From Frankiales bacterium (GTDB lineage: Bacteria > Actinomycetota > Actinomycetes > Mycobacteriales > SCTD01): a DNA stretch of 64,000 nt. The stretch is taken from contig JAOPWV010000077.1 of assembly GCA_025965475.1 (NCBI GenBank), forward strand, positions 4,313 through 68,312, read 5' to 3'. Position 1 is the first letter of the stretch. Each line of letters starts with the position of its first letter. Shown here in pieces: positions 10,257 to 20,435 of this stretch. Made by a program: the position numbers and the translations under genes. The notes under the pieces are model-generated. The model worked only from the letters and a program-made list of their open reading frames with translations, was not told the DNA's origin and ran no database searches.

Positions 10257-11015
10257 TCAGCCGCGGCGGAAGATCAGCGCACGCTTGACCTCCTGGATCG
10301 CCTTCGTGACCTCGATGCCGCGCGGGCAGGCGTCGGTGCAGTTGAAGGTCGTCCGGCAGCGCCAGACGCCCTCCTTGTCGTTGAGGATCTCCAGCCGCTC
10401 GTCGGCGCCGTCGTCGCGGCTGTCGAAGATGAAACGGTGGGCGTTGACGATCGCCGCCGGGCCGAAGTAGCTCTCGTCGTTCCAGAACACCGGGCAGGAC
10501 GTCGTGCACGCCGCGCACAGGATGCACTTGGTCGTGTCGTCGAACCGGGCCCGGTCCTCGGCGGACTGCAGCCGCTCGCGGGTGGGCTCGCGGCCGTCGG
10601 CGATGAGGAACGGCTTCACCGAGCGGTAGGCCTCGAAGAACGGCTCCATGTCGACGATGAGGTCCTTGAGGACCGGCAGGCCCTTGATGGGCTCGACGAG
10701 GATCTCGTCGCCCAGGTCCTTCACCAGCACCTTGCAGGCCAGCCGGTTGACGCCGTTGATGCGCATCGCGTCGGAACCGCAGACGCCGTGCGCGCACGAG
10801 CGGCGGAACGTCAGCGAGCCGTCCTGGTACCACTTGATCTGGTGCAGGGCGTCCAGCAGACGGTCGCCCTTCTCGACAGGCACCTCGAAGGACTGCCAGT
10901 TGGGCTCGGCGTCGACCTCCGGGTCGAAGCGCCGGACCTTGACCGTGACGGTGCGCAGGTGGTCGGCGACGTCGCCGGACGGGCCCGGCACGGGACGCTC
11001 TTCGGTGACGGTCAT
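10257..11015 (-). CDS. sdhB: Succinate dehydrogenase iron-sulfur subunit
   Basis: 252 aa with three Cys clusters: CAHGVCGSDAM, CILCAACTTSCP and CRTTFNCTDACP. Confidence 0.95.
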   Translation of the reverse strand: MTVTEERPVPGPSGDVADHLRTVTVKVRRFDPEVDAEPNWQSFEVPVEKGDRLLDALHQIKWYQDGSLTFRRSCAHGVCGSDAMRINGVNRLACKVLVKDLGDEILVEPIKGLPVLKDLIVDMEPFFEAYRSVKPFLIADGREPTRERLQSAEDRARFDDTTKCILCAACTTSCPVFWNDESYFGPAAIVNAHRFIFDSRDDGADERLEILNDKEGVWRCRTTFNCTDACPRGIEVTKAIQEVKRALIFRRG

Positions 11016-12778
11016 CAGTACTTGCGCTCCATCGGCTTGTAGCGGGTCTCCACGACCGGCTTGTAGTCCAGGCGGATCTCGGCCTGCAGCCCCTCGCCCA
11101 CCCGGTACGCCATCGTGTGGCGCATGAAGTTGATGTCGTCGCGGACGGGATAGTCCTCGCGGAAGTGCCCGCCGCGCGACTCGTTGCGCGCCTTGGCCGA
11201 CACCACGAGCGCCTCGGCGAGGTCGAGCAGGAAGCCGAGCTCGACGGCCTCGAGCAACTCGGTGTTGTACCGCGAGCCGCGGTCGGAGATGCCCACGCGC
11301 TGGTAGCGCTCCTTGAGCCCGGCGATGTCGACCTCGGCCTGCTTCAGCGTGGCCTCGGTCCGGTAGACCATCGCGTTGGTGTCCATCGACTCCTGCAGGG
11401 CCTTGCGGATGGCCGCGACACTCTCGGTGCCACCGCCGTCGCGCAGCCGCTGCAGCATCTCGCGGACGGTCCGGGACGGGTCCTCCGGCAGCTCGACGTA
11501 GTCGTGGCTGTTGGCGTACGCAGCCGCCGACAGGCCCCCACGCCGGCCGAACACGTTGATGTCGAGCAGCGAGTTCGTGCCGAGGCGGTTCGCGCCGTGC
11601 ACCGAGACGCAGGCGACCTCGCCGGCGGCGAACAGGCCGGGAACGATGTCGGTGTTGTTGGCGAGCACCTGGGCGTCGATGTTCGTCGGCACGCCGCCCA
11701 TGGCGTAGTGCGCCGTCGGCTGGATCGGGATCGGGTCCGTGTACGGCTCGATGCCGAGGTAGGTGCGGGCGAACTCGGTGATGTCCGGGAGCTTGGCGTC
11801 GAGCTGCTCCGGCGGCAGGTGCGTCAGGTCGAGGTAGACGTGGTCGCCCTCGGGACCGCAGCCACGACCCTGCCGGATCTCGGTGTAGATGGCGCGGGAG
11901 ACGACGTCGCGGGAGGCGAGGTCCTTCATCACCGGCGCGTAGCGCTCCATGAAGCGCTCGCCGTCCTTGTTGCGCAGGATGCCGCCCTCACCGCGGGCGC
12001 CCTCGGTGAGCAGGATGCCCATCTTCCAGATGCCCGTCGGGTGGAACTGGAAGAACTCCATGTCCTCGAGCGGGAGGCCCTTGCGGTACACGATGCCCAT
12101 GCCGTCACCGGTGAGGGTGTGCGCGTTGGACGTGACCTTGAAGACCTTGCCGAAACCGCCGCTGGCGAACAGCACGGACTTGGCCTGGAAGACGTGGATG
12201 TCACCCGTCGCCAGCTCGTACGCCACGACACCGCTGGTGGTGCGGACGCCGTCGACGTCGGTCAGCGCGAGGTCGAGGACGTAGAACTCGTTGAAGAAGT
12301 CGATGTCCTCCTTGACGCACTGCTGGTACAGCGTCTGGAGGATCATGTGGCCGGTCCGGTCCGCCGCGAAGCAGGCGCGGCGTACGGCGGCCTCACCGTG
12401 GTTGCGGGTGTGGCCACCGAACCGGCGCTGGTCGATCCGGCCCTCGGGCGTGCGGTTGAACGGCAGGCCCATCTTCTCGAGGTCGAGGACCGCGTCGATG
12501 GCCTCCTTGCACATGACCTCGGCGGCGTCCTGGTCGACGAGGTAGTCGCCGCCCTTGACGGTGTCGAAGACGTGCCACTCCCAGTTGTCCTCCTCGACGT
12601 TGGCGAGGGCGGCACACATGCCGCCCTGCGCCGCGCCGGTGTGGGACCGGGTCGGGTACAGCTTGGTCAGCACGGCCGTCCGGCTGCGCTTGCCGGCCTC
12701 GAGAGCCGCACGCATGCCGGCGCCGCCGGCGCCGACGATGACCGTGTCGTACTTGTGGAACTGCACGTTCCCACTCAC
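11015..12778 (-). CDS. sdhA: Succinate dehydrogenase flavoprotein subunit
   Basis: 587 aa. DTVIVGAGGAGMRAA FAD fold, the RSHTGAAQGG covalent-FAD His region, and HGANRLGTNSL. Confidence 0.95.
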   Translation of the reverse strand: MSGNVQFHKYDTVIVGAGGAGMRAALEAGKRSRTAVLTKLYPTRSHTGAAQGGMCAALANVEEDNWEWHVFDTVKGGDYLVDQDAAEVMCKEAIDAVLDLEKMGLPFNRTPEGRIDQRRFGGHTRNHGEAAVRRACFAADRTGHMILQTLYQQCVKEDIDFFNEFYVLDLALTDVDGVRTTSGVVAYELATGDIHVFQAKSVLFASGGFGKVFKVTSNAHTLTGDGMGIVYRKGLPLEDMEFFQFHPTGIWKMGILLTEGARGEGGILRNKDGERFMERYAPVMKDLASRDVVSRAIYTEIRQGRGCGPEGDHVYLDLTHLPPEQLDAKLPDITEFARTYLGIEPYTDPIPIQPTAHYAMGGVPTNIDAQVLANNTDIVPGLFAAGEVACVSVHGANRLGTNSLLDINVFGRRGGLSAAAYANSHDYVELPEDPSRTVREMLQRLRDGGGTESVAAIRKALQESMDTNAMVYRTEATLKQAEVDIAGLKERYQRVGISDRGSRYNTELLEAVELGFLLDLAEALVVSAKARNESRGGHFREDYPVRDDINFMRHTMAYRVGEGLQAEIRLDYKPVVETRYKPMERKY

Positions 12779-12788
12779 GGGTCGGCTC

Positions 12789-13241
12789 CTAGCTCAGGTT
12801 CGGGTCGAACGTGAAGATGACGAGCGTGCCGAGCAGCAGCACGAAGAACGTGGAGGTGTAGAGCAGCATCTTCAGCCAGAAGCGGGTGCCGTCGCGCTCC
12901 GCGTAGTCGTTGATGATGACGCGCAGGCCGTTGGTGCCGTGCAGCTCGGCGAGCCACAGCGTCGCCAGGTCCCAGGTGCGCCAGAACGGTGATGCCCAGC
13001 GACCGGCGACGAACGCGAAGTTCACCCGCTGCACGCCGCCGTCGAGGATGTTCATGATGAGCAGGTGGCCGAGCACGAGGACCAGCAGCAGCAGGCCGGA
13101 CATGCGCATGAAGATCCACGCGTACATCTCGAAGTTGCTGCGCGAACGGCCACGGGCCGGGCGCTGCCGGCGGGTGCGCGGCGGCGCGATGACCGGGCGT
13201 TCGTCGGGGCCGCCGGTGACGGTGACGACGGGGGCGGTCAC
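12789..13241 (-). CDS. sdhD: Succinate dehydrogenase hydrophobic membrane anchor subunit
   Basis: Trimmed from ORF 12789..13586 to the GTG at 13241, which overlaps the sdhC stop (GTGA). Three TM helices. Confidence 0.8.
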   Translation of the reverse strand: MTAPVVTVTGGPDERPVIAPPRTRRQRPARGRSRSNFEMYAWIFMRMSGLLLLVLVLGHLLIMNILDGGVQRVNFAFVAGRWASPFWRTWDLATLWLAELHGTNGLRVIINDYAERDGTRFWLKMLLYTSTFFVLLLGTLVIFTFDPNLS

Positions 13242-13633
13242 GACGCACTCCCGAAGATCGCCTCGACGGTGTGCTTGAGCATGAAGTAGGCGCCCGGCAC
13301 CATGACCACGATGAACACCGCGACGATCGCCCAGGTCATCTGACGCTGGAAGCGCGCGCCCTTGTCCCAGAAGTCGATCGCCATGACCCGCAGGCCGTTC
13401 AGCGCGTGGAACAGCACCGCGCCGACGAGCCCGAGCTCCATGACGTTGACCAGCGGGGTCTTGTAGGTGTCGATCACGCGGTCGTAGCTGTCCGCGGACA
13501 CGCGCACGAGGGCTGTGTCGAGGACGTGCGCGAACAGGAAGAAGAAGATCAGGACGCCGGTGACGCGATGCGCCACCCAGGACCACATGCCTTCACGGCC
13601 GCGGTACAGCGTTCCTGCCGGTGCCTTCGGCAT
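13238..13633 (-). CDS. sdhC: Succinate dehydrogenase cytochrome b subunit
   Basis: 131 aa. WSWVAHRVTGVLIFFFLFAHV is typical of SdhC, and this is the first gene of sdhCDAB. Confidence 0.9.
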   Translation of the reverse strand: MPKAPAGTLYRGREGMWSWVAHRVTGVLIFFFLFAHVLDTALVRVSADSYDRVIDTYKTPLVNVMELGLVGAVLFHALNGLRVMAIDFWDKGARFQRQMTWAIVAVFIVVMVPGAYFMLKHTVEAIFGSAS

Positions 13634-13733
13634 GCCGGTGCGCCTCCAGGAGAAGAAGGAGCCGGGCAGATGCCCGACCGGCTCATGCTAACGACGGTGG
13701 ATCAGCCGGGCACCTCCGCATGGGGCCTGATCC

Positions 13734-13749
13734 TGTGAACAAGGTCACG
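13734..13749. promoter_or_regulatory. Candidate CRP/GlxR-type operator upstream of sdhC (TGTGA-N6-TCACg)
   Basis: tgtgaacaaggtcacg matches 9 of 10 half-site positions of TGTGA-N6-TCACA. The site is centred about 108 nt upstream of the sdhC start codon. Confidence 0.45.
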
Positions 13750-13753
13750 CCTG

Positions 13754-15379
13754 TCAGGCGCTGCTGGCCGGCCGGAACGCCGCTGCCATCCTCTCGAAGT
13801 CCGCCCGGGCGGCGGGCCAGTCGTCGCTGGTGTGGGTCTGGAAGTACAGCGAGTAACCGCGGCCGTTGACGACGAACACCCGGTTCAGCACGCGCAGGGA
13901 TGCCCCGCCCGAGGAGTACGTGAACTCCCAGTCCGCGGCGGGAAAGCCGTGGAAGGTCGTCGCGGTGATGGCGATCTCCTTGTAGGCGGCGTGCGTGCGG
14001 GCGAAGGCGGCGGCCTGGTTGCGGCGGTCCTGCACCGGATCGCTCCGGCCGTTCGGGGTGGTGGAGACGCGCAGCAGCCGTCGGGTGGCCGGGTCCTTGT
14101 ACTCCGGGTCGCCGGTGAAGGTGCCCGGGGCGTAGGCGGCGGGGACCGCGGCAGTCCAGCCGGCCGGGCCGCTGTAGGTCTGCCACCCTGCGGGCGTCGC
14201 GGAGCTGCCGGCGGCCGACGGGGACGCGGGCGGCGCGGCGCTCGTCCTGTCGCCGGCCCCTCCGGCTGTCGTGGCGGGATGGTCATCGCTGCGCAGCATC
14301 GTGGAAACGGCCACGCCGACTGCGGCGACGACGGCGAGCGCGATCCCGGTCAGTACCAGCGGGGTCCGCGAGCGGTGCGCGCCGCGGCCGACCGCCCTCG
14401 CCGGCTGAGCCGGAACGGCGGCGGACTTCTCCTGCCGGACCTCCTCGCGGACGTCCTCGAGCCCGAGCGCCGTGGTCTGCTCCGACCGGCGTACCCCCGC
14501 CGGCACCGGCACCGGCACCGGCGCCGACGCGACGGACGTGACCGGTGCCGAGCGGAGCACCTGCTCCAGCCGTCGCCGGGCCTCGGCCGCGTCGATCCGC
14601 AGTTCCGGGTCGCGCACGAGCAGCCCCTCCAGGAGCGGCACGAGTGGACCGGAGGCGACGAAGGGGGCGTGCTCCCCGGCGACGACGGCCGTCAGCGTCG
14701 ACAGCGGTTCGCCCTTGTCGTACGGGGGGCGCCCCTCGACGGCGGCGAACAGCGTGGCGCCCAGGCACCACAGGTCCGACGCCGGGCCGGGCTGCTGGCC
14801 GCGGGCCCGCTCCGGCGCGATGTAGGACGGCGAGCCGAGGAGCAGTCCGGTGGAGGTGAGGCTGGAGTCGCCGGTGAACGTGGCGATCCCGAAGTCGGTG
14901 AGGACGACGCGGCCCTCCGCCCCCTGGCGAGGAGGCGCTATCAGGACGTTCCCGGGTTTCACGTCGCGGTGGACGATGCCCTGCGCGTGGGCCGCCTCCA
15001 GCGCGCCGAGGACGGCGAGCCCGATGTGGGCCGCCACCCGCGGGCTCAGCGGACCGTCTGTGCGGATGATCTCGGACAGCGTGCGGGCCTCGACGAGTTC
15101 CATGACGAGGTACGGGACGCCGTCCTCCTCGACGACGTCGTACACGGTGACCGCGCTCGGGTGGTCCAGCCGGGCGGCGGCGCGGGCCTCCCGGCGGGTG
15201 CGTTCGCGAAGGACCTCCCGCTCGTCGTCCGAGACGCCGTTGGGGAAGCTGACCTCCTTGACCGCCACGTCACGTCCCAGCACGACGTCCTGGGCACGCC
15301 ACACGGTGCCCATGCCGCCTGATCCCAGGCGGGTGAGCAGCGTGTAGCGGCCGGCCACGGTTCTGCGGTCCTCGCCCAC
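13754..15379 (-). CDS. Serine/threonine protein kinase with one TM helix and an uncharacterised extracellular C-terminal domain
   Basis: 541 aa. [11 protein letters not shown]...[16 protein letters not shown] and DFG motifs. A Pro/Ala linker, a TM helix ([18 protein letters not shown]) and a C-terminal domain of about 150 aa follow. Confidence 0.92.
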   Translation of the reverse strand: MGEDRRTVAGRYTLLTRLGSGGMGTVWRAQDVVLGRDVAVKEVSFPNGVSDDEREVLRERTRREARAAARLDHPSAVTVYDVVEEDGVPYLVMELVEARTLSEIIRTDGPLSPRVAAHIGLAVLGALEAAHAQGIVHRDVKPGNVLIAPPRQGAEGRVVLTDFGIATFTGDSSLTSTGLLLGSPSYIAPERARGQQPGPASDLWCLGATLFAAVEGRPPYDKGEPLSTLTAVVAGEHAPFVASGPLVPLLEGLLVRDPELRIDAAEARRRLEQVLRSAPVTSVASAPVPVPVPAGVRRSEQTTALGLEDVREEVRQEKSAAVPAQPARAVGRGAHRSRTPLVLTGIALAVVAAVGVAVSTMLRSDDHPATTAGGAGDRTSAAPPASPSAAGSSATPAGWQTYSGPAGWTAAVPAAYAPGTFTGDPEYKDPATRRLLRVSTTPNGRSDPVQDRRNQAAAFARTHAAYKEIAITATTFHGFPAADWEFTYSSGGASLRVLNRVFVVNGRGYSLYFQTHTSDDWPAARADFERMAAAFRPASSA

Positions 15380-15475
15380 GCAAGCGCCCTACCCAGGACG
15401 CCGGCCGCATCACCCTCGTACCTGCGCCCTAGGCTCGGCACGCTCACAGGTACCAACCGCATCGAGGGGCAGACC

Positions 15476-17056
15476 ATGGCGCGCGAGTCGGAGTCCGGGT
15501 TCGAGATCGCACCGGTGTACGGGCCGGGGGACGTCGCGCCCGGCCTGGAGGAGCGGCTCGGCGAGCCGGGCAGCTACCCGTACACCCGGGGCGTCTACCC
15601 GACGATGTACACCGGCCGTCCGTGGACGATGCGGCAGTACGCCGGGTTCGGTACCGCCCAGGAGTCCAACGAGCGCTACCGGCACCTGGTCGAGCAGGGG
15701 ACCGGCGGCCTGTCCGTCGCGTTCGACCTGCCGACGCAGATGGGTTACGACTCCGACGACCCGATCGCCCACGGCGAGGTCGGCAAGGTCGGCGTGGCCA
15801 TCGACTCGCTCGACGACATGCGCATCCTGTTCGACCAGATCCCGCTCGACCAGGTGTCGACGTCGATGACCATCAACGCCCCGGCCGCGGTGTTGCTCGT
15901 GCTCTACCAGCTGGTCGGCGAGGAGCAGGGCGTCGACCCCTCGCAGTTGACCGGCACGATCCAGAACGACGTGCTCAAGGAGTACATCGCCCGCGGCACC
16001 TACATCTACCCGCCCCAGCAGTCGCTGCGGCTGATCACCGACATCTTCCGGTACTGCAAGGCGGAGATCCCGCGCTGGAACACGATCTCGATCTCCGGCT
16101 ACCACATGGCCGAGGCCGGCGCGACGCCCGCGCAGGAGATCGCGTTCACCCTCGCGGACGGGATCGAGTACGTCCGCGCGGCCGTGGCGACCGGGCAGGA
16201 CGTCGACGAGTTCGCGCCCCGGCTGGCCTTCTTCTTCGTGAGCCGCACGACGATCCTCGAGGAGGTGGCGAAGTTCCGCGCCGCCCGGCGGATCTGGGCC
16301 GACGTGATGAAGAACGAGTTCGGCGCGAAGGACCCGAAGTCGCACATGCTGCGTTTCCACACCCAGACGGCGGGGGTGCAGCTGACCGCGCAGCAGCCGG
16401 AGGTCAACCTCATCCGGGTCGCCGTCCAGGGGCTGGCCGCCGTCCTGGGTGGCACCCAGTCGCTGCACACGAACTCCTACGACGAGGCGATCGCGCTGCC
16501 GACGGTCAAGGCGGCCACGCTCGCGCTGCGCACCCAGCAGGTGCTGGCGTACGAGACCGACGTGACGGCGACGGTCGACCCGTTCGCGGGCTCGTACGTG
16601 GTCGAGGCGATGACCGACGAGGTGGAGGCGGCGGCCCGCGCGCTCATGGGCCGGGTCGAGGAGATGGGCGGCGCGGTGGCCGCCATCGAGAAGGGCTTCC
16701 AGAAGAGCGAGATCGAGCGGTCGGCGTACGACGTCACCAAGGGCATCGACAGCGGCGAGCGCGTCGTGGTCGGCGTGAACCGCTACCAGTCCAAGCAGGA
16801 GGAGCGGTACGAGCCGCTGCGCGTCAACCCGACGATCGAGCAGGACCAGCGCGACCGGCTGGCCGACCTGCGGGCGCGGCGCGACAACGACGCGGTGCAG
16901 CGGGCGCTCGCCGACCTGAAGAAGGCGGCGGCGACGCCGAGCGAGAACGTGCTCTACCCGATGCGCGAGGCCCTCAGGGAGCTCGCGACGGTCGGCGAGG
17001 TGTGCGGCGCGCTGCGCGAGGTGTGGGGGGTCTACAGCCCCCAGGAGTTCTTCTGA
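15476..17056 (+). CDS. Methylmalonyl-CoA mutase family catalytic (substrate-binding barrel) subunit, no B12-binding domain
   Basis: 526 aa. [33 protein letters not shown]...[17 protein letters not shown]...[20 protein letters not shown]. The protein ends before any DxHxxG cobalamin domain. Confidence 0.9.
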   Translation: MARESESGFEIAPVYGPGDVAPGLEERLGEPGSYPYTRGVYPTMYTGRPWTMRQYAGFGTAQESNERYRHLVEQGTGGLSVAFDLPTQMGYDSDDPIAHGEVGKVGVAIDSLDDMRILFDQIPLDQVSTSMTINAPAAVLLVLYQLVGEEQGVDPSQLTGTIQNDVLKEYIARGTYIYPPQQSLRLITDIFRYCKAEIPRWNTISISGYHMAEAGATPAQEIAFTLADGIEYVRAAVATGQDVDEFAPRLAFFFVSRTTILEEVAKFRAARRIWADVMKNEFGAKDPKSHMLRFHTQTAGVQLTAQQPEVNLIRVAVQGLAAVLGGTQSLHTNSYDEAIALPTVKAATLALRTQQVLAYETDVTATVDPFAGSYVVEAMTDEVEAAARALMGRVEEMGGAVAAIEKGFQKSEIERSAYDVTKGIDSGERVVVGVNRYQSKQEERYEPLRVNPTIEQDQRDRLADLRARRDNDAVQRALADLKKAAATPSENVLYPMREALRELATVGEVCGALREVWGVYSPQEFF

Positions 17057-17114
17057 CCCGGGTCTTCTGGCACAGTGGTCCTGGGGGGACTTTCTCAGTC
17101 CTGGAGGGCTTTTC

Positions 17115-17297
17115 GTGGTCTCGGTGCTCATTGCCGCAGTGGTCGTCGTGGTCCTCGTGCTGGTCGGGGCGCCGTTGCTCCGTCGCCGTGGCAGGCCGGA
17201 CGAGGTCGACCGCTTTTCGAACGCCCGCTCGCTGACCACCACCTGGTCGAAGGGCGACGCGCCCAAGCCGGTCGCGCCCGAGCGCACGGACGACTGA
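17115..17297 (+). CDS. Hypothetical small membrane protein
   Basis: 60 aa. N-terminal TM helix (VSVLIAAVVVVVLVLVGAPLL) followed by a charged tail. No recognisable family. Confidence 0.4.
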   Translation: MVSVLIAAVVVVVLVLVGAPLLRRRGRPDEVDRFSNARSLTTTWSKGDAPKPVAPERTDD

Positions 17298-17328
17298 GCG
17301 GCCGGGTGCCCGGCCGGACCGGGCCGGG

Positions 17329-18027
17329 GTGGTGACGCCGTTCGGCTTCGCGCACCGCGGCGCCAGCGCCCACGCGCCCGAGAACACCCTGCCGGCGTTC
17401 CGGCTCGCCCTCGATCTGGGCGCCCCGGGTCTCGAGAGCGACGTGTGGCTGACGGCGGACGGTGTGCCGGTCCTGCATCACGGCGGCCGGCTGCGCCGCC
17501 GGCCGATCGACCGCATCGCCTCGGACGACCTGCCCGGCCGGCTGCCGCGGCTGTCGGAGCTGTTCGCCGCGTGCGGCACCGAGTACGACCTGTCGCTGGA
17601 CATCCGGGACCGGGGGGCCGCCGAGGTCGTCCTCGCCGTCGCGCGGGCGGCGGGCCACGATCCGTCCCGGCTGTGGCTGGTGGGCGGCGGGCTGGCGGGC
17701 TCGGGCTGGCGTGAGGTGGATCCGGACGTCCGGCTCGTCTCGGGAACACACCCGGCTGATCTGGCAGGGGGCAACTGGTCCGAGCACCTCGAGCGGTTCC
17801 GGGAGGCCGGCGGGGGAGCCGTGAACCTGCGCAGGCGCCGGTGGACGCGGCCGCTCGTCGACAGCGTGCACGCGGCCGGGCTGCTGGCCTTCGGGTGGGA
17901 CGCACAGACCACCCGCCGGATCCGGGGCCTGCTGGACCTGGGCTGCGACGCCGTCTACAGCGACCACGTCGACCGGATGGTCGCCGTCCTCCGCAGTTGG
18001 TCGGCGCAGACCGAAGGCCGTCGGTAG
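17329..18027 (+). CDS. Glycerophosphodiester phosphodiesterase family protein
   Basis: 232 aa with the GDPD signature FAHRGASAHAPENTLPAF...ESDVWLTADGVPVLHH. Confidence 0.85.
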   Translation: MVTPFGFAHRGASAHAPENTLPAFRLALDLGAPGLESDVWLTADGVPVLHHGGRLRRRPIDRIASDDLPGRLPRLSELFAACGTEYDLSLDIRDRGAAEVVLAVARAAGHDPSRLWLVGGGLAGSGWREVDPDVRLVSGTHPADLAGGNWSEHLERFREAGGGAVNLRRRRWTRPLVDSVHAAGLLAFGWDAQTTRRIRGLLDLGCDAVYSDHVDRMVAVLRSWSAQTEGRR

Positions 18028-18036
18028 GGTCGAGGA

Positions 18037-19227
18037 GTGCAGATTCCGTTCGAGTCCTCCGCACGCTCGAGCCTGGGCATCGAGTGGGAACTCGAGCTGG
18101 TGGACCGCGAGACCCGCCAGCTGCGTTCGGGTGCCTCGGAGATCCTCGGGCGGATGGCGCCGGACGGCGAGGAGCACCCCAAGGCCAAGCACGAACTGCT
18201 CGAGTGCTGCATCGAGGTCATCACCGGTGTCTGCGGGACGGTGGACGAGGCGCTGGCCGACCTGGCCGGCACGATCGCCGAGGTGACCGAGCACGCGGAC
18301 CGGCTCGGGCTCGGGCTGATGTGCTCGGGATCGCACCCGACGACGGACCCGATGACGCAGCAGATCAGCCCGAAGCCGCGGTATGCCGAGCTCGTGGAGC
18401 AGATGCAGTGGCTCGCCCGGCAGCTGCAGATCTTCGGGGTCCACGTGCACGTCGGGGTGCGCTCGCCCGACAAGGCGATCCCCATCGTGAACGCGCTGAC
18501 GGCGTACATCCCGCACTTCCTCGCGCTGTCGGCCTCGTCGCCGTACTGGATCGGCAACGACACCGGCCTCGCGTCCGCGCGCTCGAAGGTGTTCGAGCAG
18601 CTCCCGACGGCCGGCCTGCCGTATCAGCTGTCGGGCTGGCCGCAGTTCGAGGAGTACATGGAGACGCTGATCTCCACCAAGACCATCGGCTCGATCAAGG
18701 AGGTCTGGTGGGACATCCGTCCGCACCCGACCTACGGGACGGTCGAGCTGCGCATCTGTGACGGGCTGCCGACGCTCGGCGAGGTCGGCATGGTCGCCGC
18801 GCTCTCGCACTGCCTCGTCGACATGTTCGACCGCGAGATCGACAAGGGCTACACGCTGCCGACGCCGAAGGGCTGGGTGATCCGCGAGAACAAGTGGCGG
18901 GCCGCGCGCTACGGCCTCGACGCCGAGGTCATCTCCGGGGAGCAGGACAGCACGATGCCGCTGCGGGAGTCGCTGGCCGAGCTGGTCAGTGAGCTCGGCC
19001 CGACCGCGGACCGGCTGGGTTGCAGCGAGCAGCTGGCGCTCGTCCAGCAGGTCGTCGACGGGGGCGCGTCGTACCAGCGGCAGCGGGCCGTCGCCGCGGC
19101 CAGCGGTGGGGACCTGACCGCGGTGGTGGACAGCCTGCTGCAGGAGTTCACGACGAACACGCGCACGTCGCTGCCGACGCTGCAGCCGCCGGTCGGGGCG
19201 CCCGCGGCGCCGGGTGCCGCGTCATGA
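18037..19227 (+). CDS. Carboxylate-amine ligase, glutamate--cysteine ligase family 2 (YbdK-like)
   Basis: 396 aa. SLGIEWELELVD...HELLECCIEVITG...GVHVHVGV is typical of the GCS2 family. Confidence 0.88.
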   Translation: MQIPFESSARSSLGIEWELELVDRETRQLRSGASEILGRMAPDGEEHPKAKHELLECCIEVITGVCGTVDEALADLAGTIAEVTEHADRLGLGLMCSGSHPTTDPMTQQISPKPRYAELVEQMQWLARQLQIFGVHVHVGVRSPDKAIPIVNALTAYIPHFLALSASSPYWIGNDTGLASARSKVFEQLPTAGLPYQLSGWPQFEEYMETLISTKTIGSIKEVWWDIRPHPTYGTVELRICDGLPTLGEVGMVAALSHCLVDMFDREIDKGYTLPTPKGWVIRENKWRAARYGLDAEVISGEQDSTMPLRESLAELVSELGPTADRLGCSEQLALVQQVVDGGASYQRQRAVAAASGGDLTAVVDSLLQEFTTNTRTSLPTLQPPVGAPAAPGAAS

Positions 19228-20411
19228 CGAGCGCCGGACCACAGATCGCCGATGCCTGGCTGGCGAGTCACGAGGCCGAGCTGTCCGTCGTACGCCGGAG
19301 GCTGCACGCGCACCCCGAGCTCAGCCGCCGGGAGTACGAGACCACCGCCCTGCTGGTCGACCGGCTCGAGCAGGCTGGGCTGTCGCCCAAGGTGCTGGAC
19401 GCCGGAACCGGCCTCGTCTGCGACGTCGGCACGGGGGACGGCCCGGTCGTCGTGCTGCGTGCCGACATCGACGCGCTGCCGCTGACCGACGAGAAGGACG
19501 TGTCCTACCGGTCCCAGGTCCCCGGTGTCTGCCATGCCTGCGGGCACGACGTGCACACCGCCGTGCTGCTCGGGGCCGGACTCGCGCTGGCCGCGGTCGC
19601 CGACCGGCTCCCGGGGCGGGTGCGCCTGGTCTTCCAGCCGGCCGAGGAGCTCATGCCCGGCGGCGCGCTCGACGTCGTCGCCCAGGGCTGGATCAAGGAC
19701 GCGTCGGCCATCTTCGGCCTGCACTGCGACCCGACGCTCGAGGTCGGCCGGATCGGGCTGAAGGCGGGCGCGATCACCGCAGCCGCGGACTCGGTCGAGG
19801 TCCGCCTGACCGGCCCAGGCGGCCACACGTCGCGCCCGCACAACACCGTCGATCTCGTGCACGCGCTGGCCACGGTCGCCACCGGCCTGCCCGACGCGCT
19901 GTCCCGGCTGGTCGACCCGCGGGCCGGCCTGTGCCTGGTCTGGGGTCATGTGTCCGCGGGGGTGGCGCGCAACGCGATCCCCCGGGAGGGGGTGCTTCAG
20001 GGCACCCTGCGGGTGCTCGACACGTCCGCCTGGCAGGCGGCGCCCGACCTGGTCCGCCGGGTCGTGGACGGCCTCGTGGCGCCGTACGGCGCGCGGGCCG
20101 ACGTCACCTACGAGCGCGGCGTTCCGCCGGTGGTCAACGACGTGGCGGCCACGGCGCTGTTCGCGGCGGCGGTGGAGGCGGCCCTCGGCCCCGGCGCCGC
20201 GGTGCCGACCGTGCAGTCGCTGGGGGGCGAGGACTTCTCCTGGTACCTCGAGCACGTACCCGGCGCGATGGCCCGCCTCGGTGTGCGGCCGCCCGGGCTG
20301 GACCGCCCGCTGGACCTGCACCAGGGGATGTTCGACGTGGACGAGGCGGCGCTGGCCGTGGGCGTGCGTGTCCTGGTGACGGCCGCGGTGGCCGCGCTGA
20401 CCGCGTCCTGA
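19224..20411 (+). CDS. M20D-family amidohydrolase (N-acyl-amino-acid / hippurate hydrolase-like)
   Basis: The ATG at 19224 overlaps the ybdK stop (ATGA). RRRLHAHPELSRREYETT...CHACGHDVHTA...GGEDFSWY motifs. Confidence 0.88.
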   Translation: MTSAGPQIADAWLASHEAELSVVRRRLHAHPELSRREYETTALLVDRLEQAGLSPKVLDAGTGLVCDVGTGDGPVVVLRADIDALPLTDEKDVSYRSQVPGVCHACGHDVHTAVLLGAGLALAAVADRLPGRVRLVFQPAEELMPGGALDVVAQGWIKDASAIFGLHCDPTLEVGRIGLKAGAITAAADSVEVRLTGPGGHTSRPHNTVDLVHALATVATGLPDALSRLVDPRAGLCLVWGHVSAGVARNAIPREGVLQGTLRVLDTSAWQAAPDLVRRVVDGLVAPYGARADVTYERGVPPVVNDVAATALFAAAVEAALGPGAAVPTVQSLGGEDFSWYLEHVPGAMARLGVRPPGLDRPLDLHQGMFDVDEAALAVGVRVLVTAAVAALTAS

Positions 20412-20435
20412 CCGGCCGCTCCTAGGCTGCGCCGC

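Noticed and set aside
8788-10833. 681-aa ORF apparently fusing a PBP with upstream sequence. Similarly merged ORFs lie at 32713-35523, 26229-28406, 35545-37230, 56899-58842 and 59143-62943.
   Set aside because: Only the 3' portions have protein-like sequence. The 5' extensions run antisense or out of frame through neighbouring real genes. I trimmed each to an internal ATG or GTG that gives a family-typical N-terminus, often one overlapping the upstream stop codon.
15410-18064. 884-aa minus-strand ORF antisense to the mutase, GDPD and neighbouring genes. Similar long ORFs lie at 1287-2447, 2516-3676, 5337-6863, 46959-49019 and 59012-61135.
   Set aside because: The translations are Arg/Pro/Gly/Ala-rich low-complexity strings with no motifs. 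They lie opposite genes with unambiguous homology. This is the typical stop-codon-poor antisense frame of high-GC DNA.
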